From NCBI RefSeq assembly GCF_004010195.1, contig NC_057754.1:10362973-10408875 (forward strand): a DNA stretch of 45,903 bases. The letters run 5' to 3'. Origin of the DNA: Chiloscyllium plagiosum (taxonomy: Eukaryota). Shown here piece after piece: positions 43,391 to 45,903 of the stretch (position 1 is the first letter of the stretch; the number at the start of each line of letters is the position of its first letter). A program made the translations under genes and the position numbers. The notes beneath the pieces were generated by a model. The model was not told where the DNA came from. It ran no database searches and saw only the letters and a program-made list of their open reading frames with translations.

Positions 43391-44510
43391 TTTTTTTTAA
43401 TTTCAAAAATATACTTTATTCATATAATAATTTGATAGTCTGTACAGTTGGACATGCCATAACCACGTAAACATTTACATACAGAGATCAGAATTTATCA
43501 TTTGTATACACAGGTCTGTATGTTTATCAATCATATGCCCATATAATTAGCTGAGGCGTCAGCAGAGCCCAATGACTGCATGGACCCCCTGTTCTTCGTT
43601 AGGCAGGCAGACATTACATGATGGTCTTTCCCCACCGCGCCTTGGCGGCAGCTGCCCCAAGCTTCAGCGCGTCCCTCAACATGTAGTCCTGGACCATGGA
43701 ATGTGCCAGTCTGCAACACTCAGTCGGAATCAACTCCTTCAGTTGGAAGATCAACAGGTTTCGGACCGCCCAGAGAGCGTCCTTACCGAGTTGATGATCC
43801 TCCAGGCACAGTTGATGTTCGTCTCAGTGTACATCCCGGGGAACAGGCCGTAGACCACGGAGTCCCGCGTCACGGCGCTGCTCGGGACGAACCTCGACAA
43901 ACACCACTGCATTCCTCTCCAGACTTCCTCTGCATAGGCACATTCCAGAAGGAGGTGTGTGACAGTCTCGTCCCCCCCGCAGCCGCTTCGAGGGCAGCGT
44001 GCGGTGCGACTGAGAGTCTGGGCGTGCATAAAGGATCTCNNNNNNNNNNNNNNNNNNNNNNNNNNNNNNNNNNNNNNNNNNNNNNNNNNNNNNNNNNNNN
44101 NNNNNNNNNNNNNNNNNNNNNNNNNNNNNNNNNNNNNNNNNNNNNNNNNNNNNNNNNNNNNNNNNNNNNNNNNNNNNNNNNNNNNNNNNNNNNNNNNNNN
44201 NNNNNNNNNNNNNNNNNNNNNNNNNNNNNNNNNNNNNNNNNNNNNNNNNNNNNNNNNNNNNNNNNNNNNNNNNNNNNNNNNNNNNNNNNNNNNNNNNNNN
44301 NNNNNNNNNNNNNNNNNNNNNNNNNNNNNNNNNNNNNNNNNNNNNNNNNNNNNNNNNNNNNNNNNNNNNNNNNNNNNNNNNNNNNNNNNNNCAGCAGCAC
44401 AGCTTCTGGGAATAGGCCAGACCTGTGCCACGTATAATAGCAATGACAGTGCCTCACACCTGATGACCAGGTTTTTTCCCACAATGGAGAGCGACCGTAG
44501 CTTCCATCCT
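43391..44510 (-). mobile_element. Tx1/L1-like LINE 3' fragment
   Basis: RSLSIVGKNLVIR..LLYVAQVWP and CPRSGCGGDETVTHLLLEC; AATAAA plus poly(A) on minus strand. Confidence 0.8.
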
Positions 44511-44576
44511 GATGGACTCAGCAAATGGCTATATGCAGCACACAAACAAGGCAGGATAATGCCTCCTTTGTCCACC

Positions 44577-45903
44577 TTTTTTTCTATTTCAAAAATATAC
44601 TTTATTCATAAAATACTTTGATGGTCTGTACAGTTGGACATGCCATACATATGTAAACATTCCATTTGTTTGCATACCGAAACAGAGTAATCATTCCTAT
44701 TTACAGGTCTGTACGATTACATTTTTAGGTGAGGCGTCAGCAGAGCCCAAATGCTGAGTGGGCCCACTGTTCTTCTTTAGGCAGGCAGATGTTACACAGT
44801 GGTCTTTCCCCACCGCGCCTTGGTGGCAGCTGCCCAAGCTTCAGCGTGTCCCTCAACACGTAGTCCTGGACCTTAGAATATGCCAGTCTGCAACACTCAG
44901 TTGGGGTCAACTCTTTCAGCTGGAAGGTCAACAGGTTTCGGACCGCCCAGAGAGCGTCCTTCACCAAGTTGATGATCCTCCAGGCACAGTTGATGTTCGT
45001 CTCGGTGTGCGTCCCGGGGAAAAGACCGTAGAGCACGGAGTCCCGCGTCACGGTGCGGCTCGGGATGAACCTCGACAAACACCACTGCATTCCTCTCCAG
45101 ACTTCTTCTGCGTAGGCACATTCCAGAAGGAGGTGTGTGACAGTCTCGTCTCCCCCGCAGCTGCTTCGAGGGCAGTGTGCGGTACGGCTGAGAATCCGTG
45201 CGTGCATAAAGGATCTCACAGGCAGAGCCCTTCTCACCACCAGCCAAGCCATGTCTTGGACCAGCCAAGCCATGTCTTGGTGCTTGTTGGAAAGTTCTGG
45301 CAATGAGGCATTCTGCCAAATGGGTTTGACAGTCTGCTCAGGGAACCGCTCGATAGGATCCGCCCCCTCCTTTTCCCGAAGGGTCTCAAGGACACTACGT
45401 GCTGACCACTTCCTGATGGACTTGTGGTCAAAGGTGTTTTTCTTCATAAACTTTCCATGAAGGACAGGTGATACGGAATGGTCCAACTACTCGGAGCTTT
45501 CCGCGGCAGCGAGAGTGTTCTGCGGCGGCGAGGCCAGGCCCATCCTTCGCAACTCTGGGGACAGGTAGAACCTCAGTACGTAGTGACACTTGGTGTTTGC
45601 GTACCGGGGATCCACGCACAGCTTGATGCAGCCACACACAAAGGTGGCCATCAGGGTGAGGGTGGCATTGGGTGTATTTTTTCCCCCGTTGCCCAGATCT
45701 TTATACATTGAGTCCCTTCGGACCTGGCCCAGGTCCTGGGAATAGGCCAGACCTGTGCCACGTATAACAGCAATGACAGTGCCTCACACCTGATGACCAG
45801 GTTTGTTCCCGCGATGGAGAGCGACCGTAGCATTCCATCTGCCCAGTTTCTGCCTCACTTTGCTAATACGCTCCTCCCAAGACTTGGCGCACACCCCAGC
45901 CCC
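44577..45903 (-). mobile_element. Tx1/L1-like LINE 3' fragment running off the window
   Basis: Same motifs (CPRSSCGGDETVTHLLLEC); AATAAA and A tail; 21-bp in-frame duplication at ~45240-45280. Confidence 0.82.

Overview
Eukaryotic, repeat-dense genomic DNA with four N-gaps (9706-10642, 11733-12216, 42925-42934, 44040-44391). It is most likely from a shark or ray, inferred from abundant HE1-like V-SINEs and CR1 tails. Host content: (1) a small C2H2 zinc-finger cluster with a minus-strand pseudogene (~700-1130), a 10-finger ORF with a frameshifted 11th finger (3240-4346), an intact 9-finger ORF (17879-18637) and a CpG/CCAAT promoter (~16310-16630); (2) a decayed tRNA gene cluster (His x2, Ile-TAT, iMet x2, Pro x2) at 29-41 kb, partly in an old inverted duplication. 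The rest is transposable elements: CR1 LINEs, HE1-like SINEs, Tx1/L1-like LINE 3' fragments, a Gmr1-type gypsy element (PR-IN-RT-RH order, SCAN-like gag) and many Penelope-like elements (PLEs). The PLE terminal repeats carry minimal hammerhead ribozyme motifs of three subfamilies. The most striking pattern is a recurring fold-back PLE architecture: self-inverted, TSD-flanked insertions. In the ~200-bp copies the turn lies at the hammerhead motif. All calls were made by eye without database searches, and repeat boundaries are approximate.
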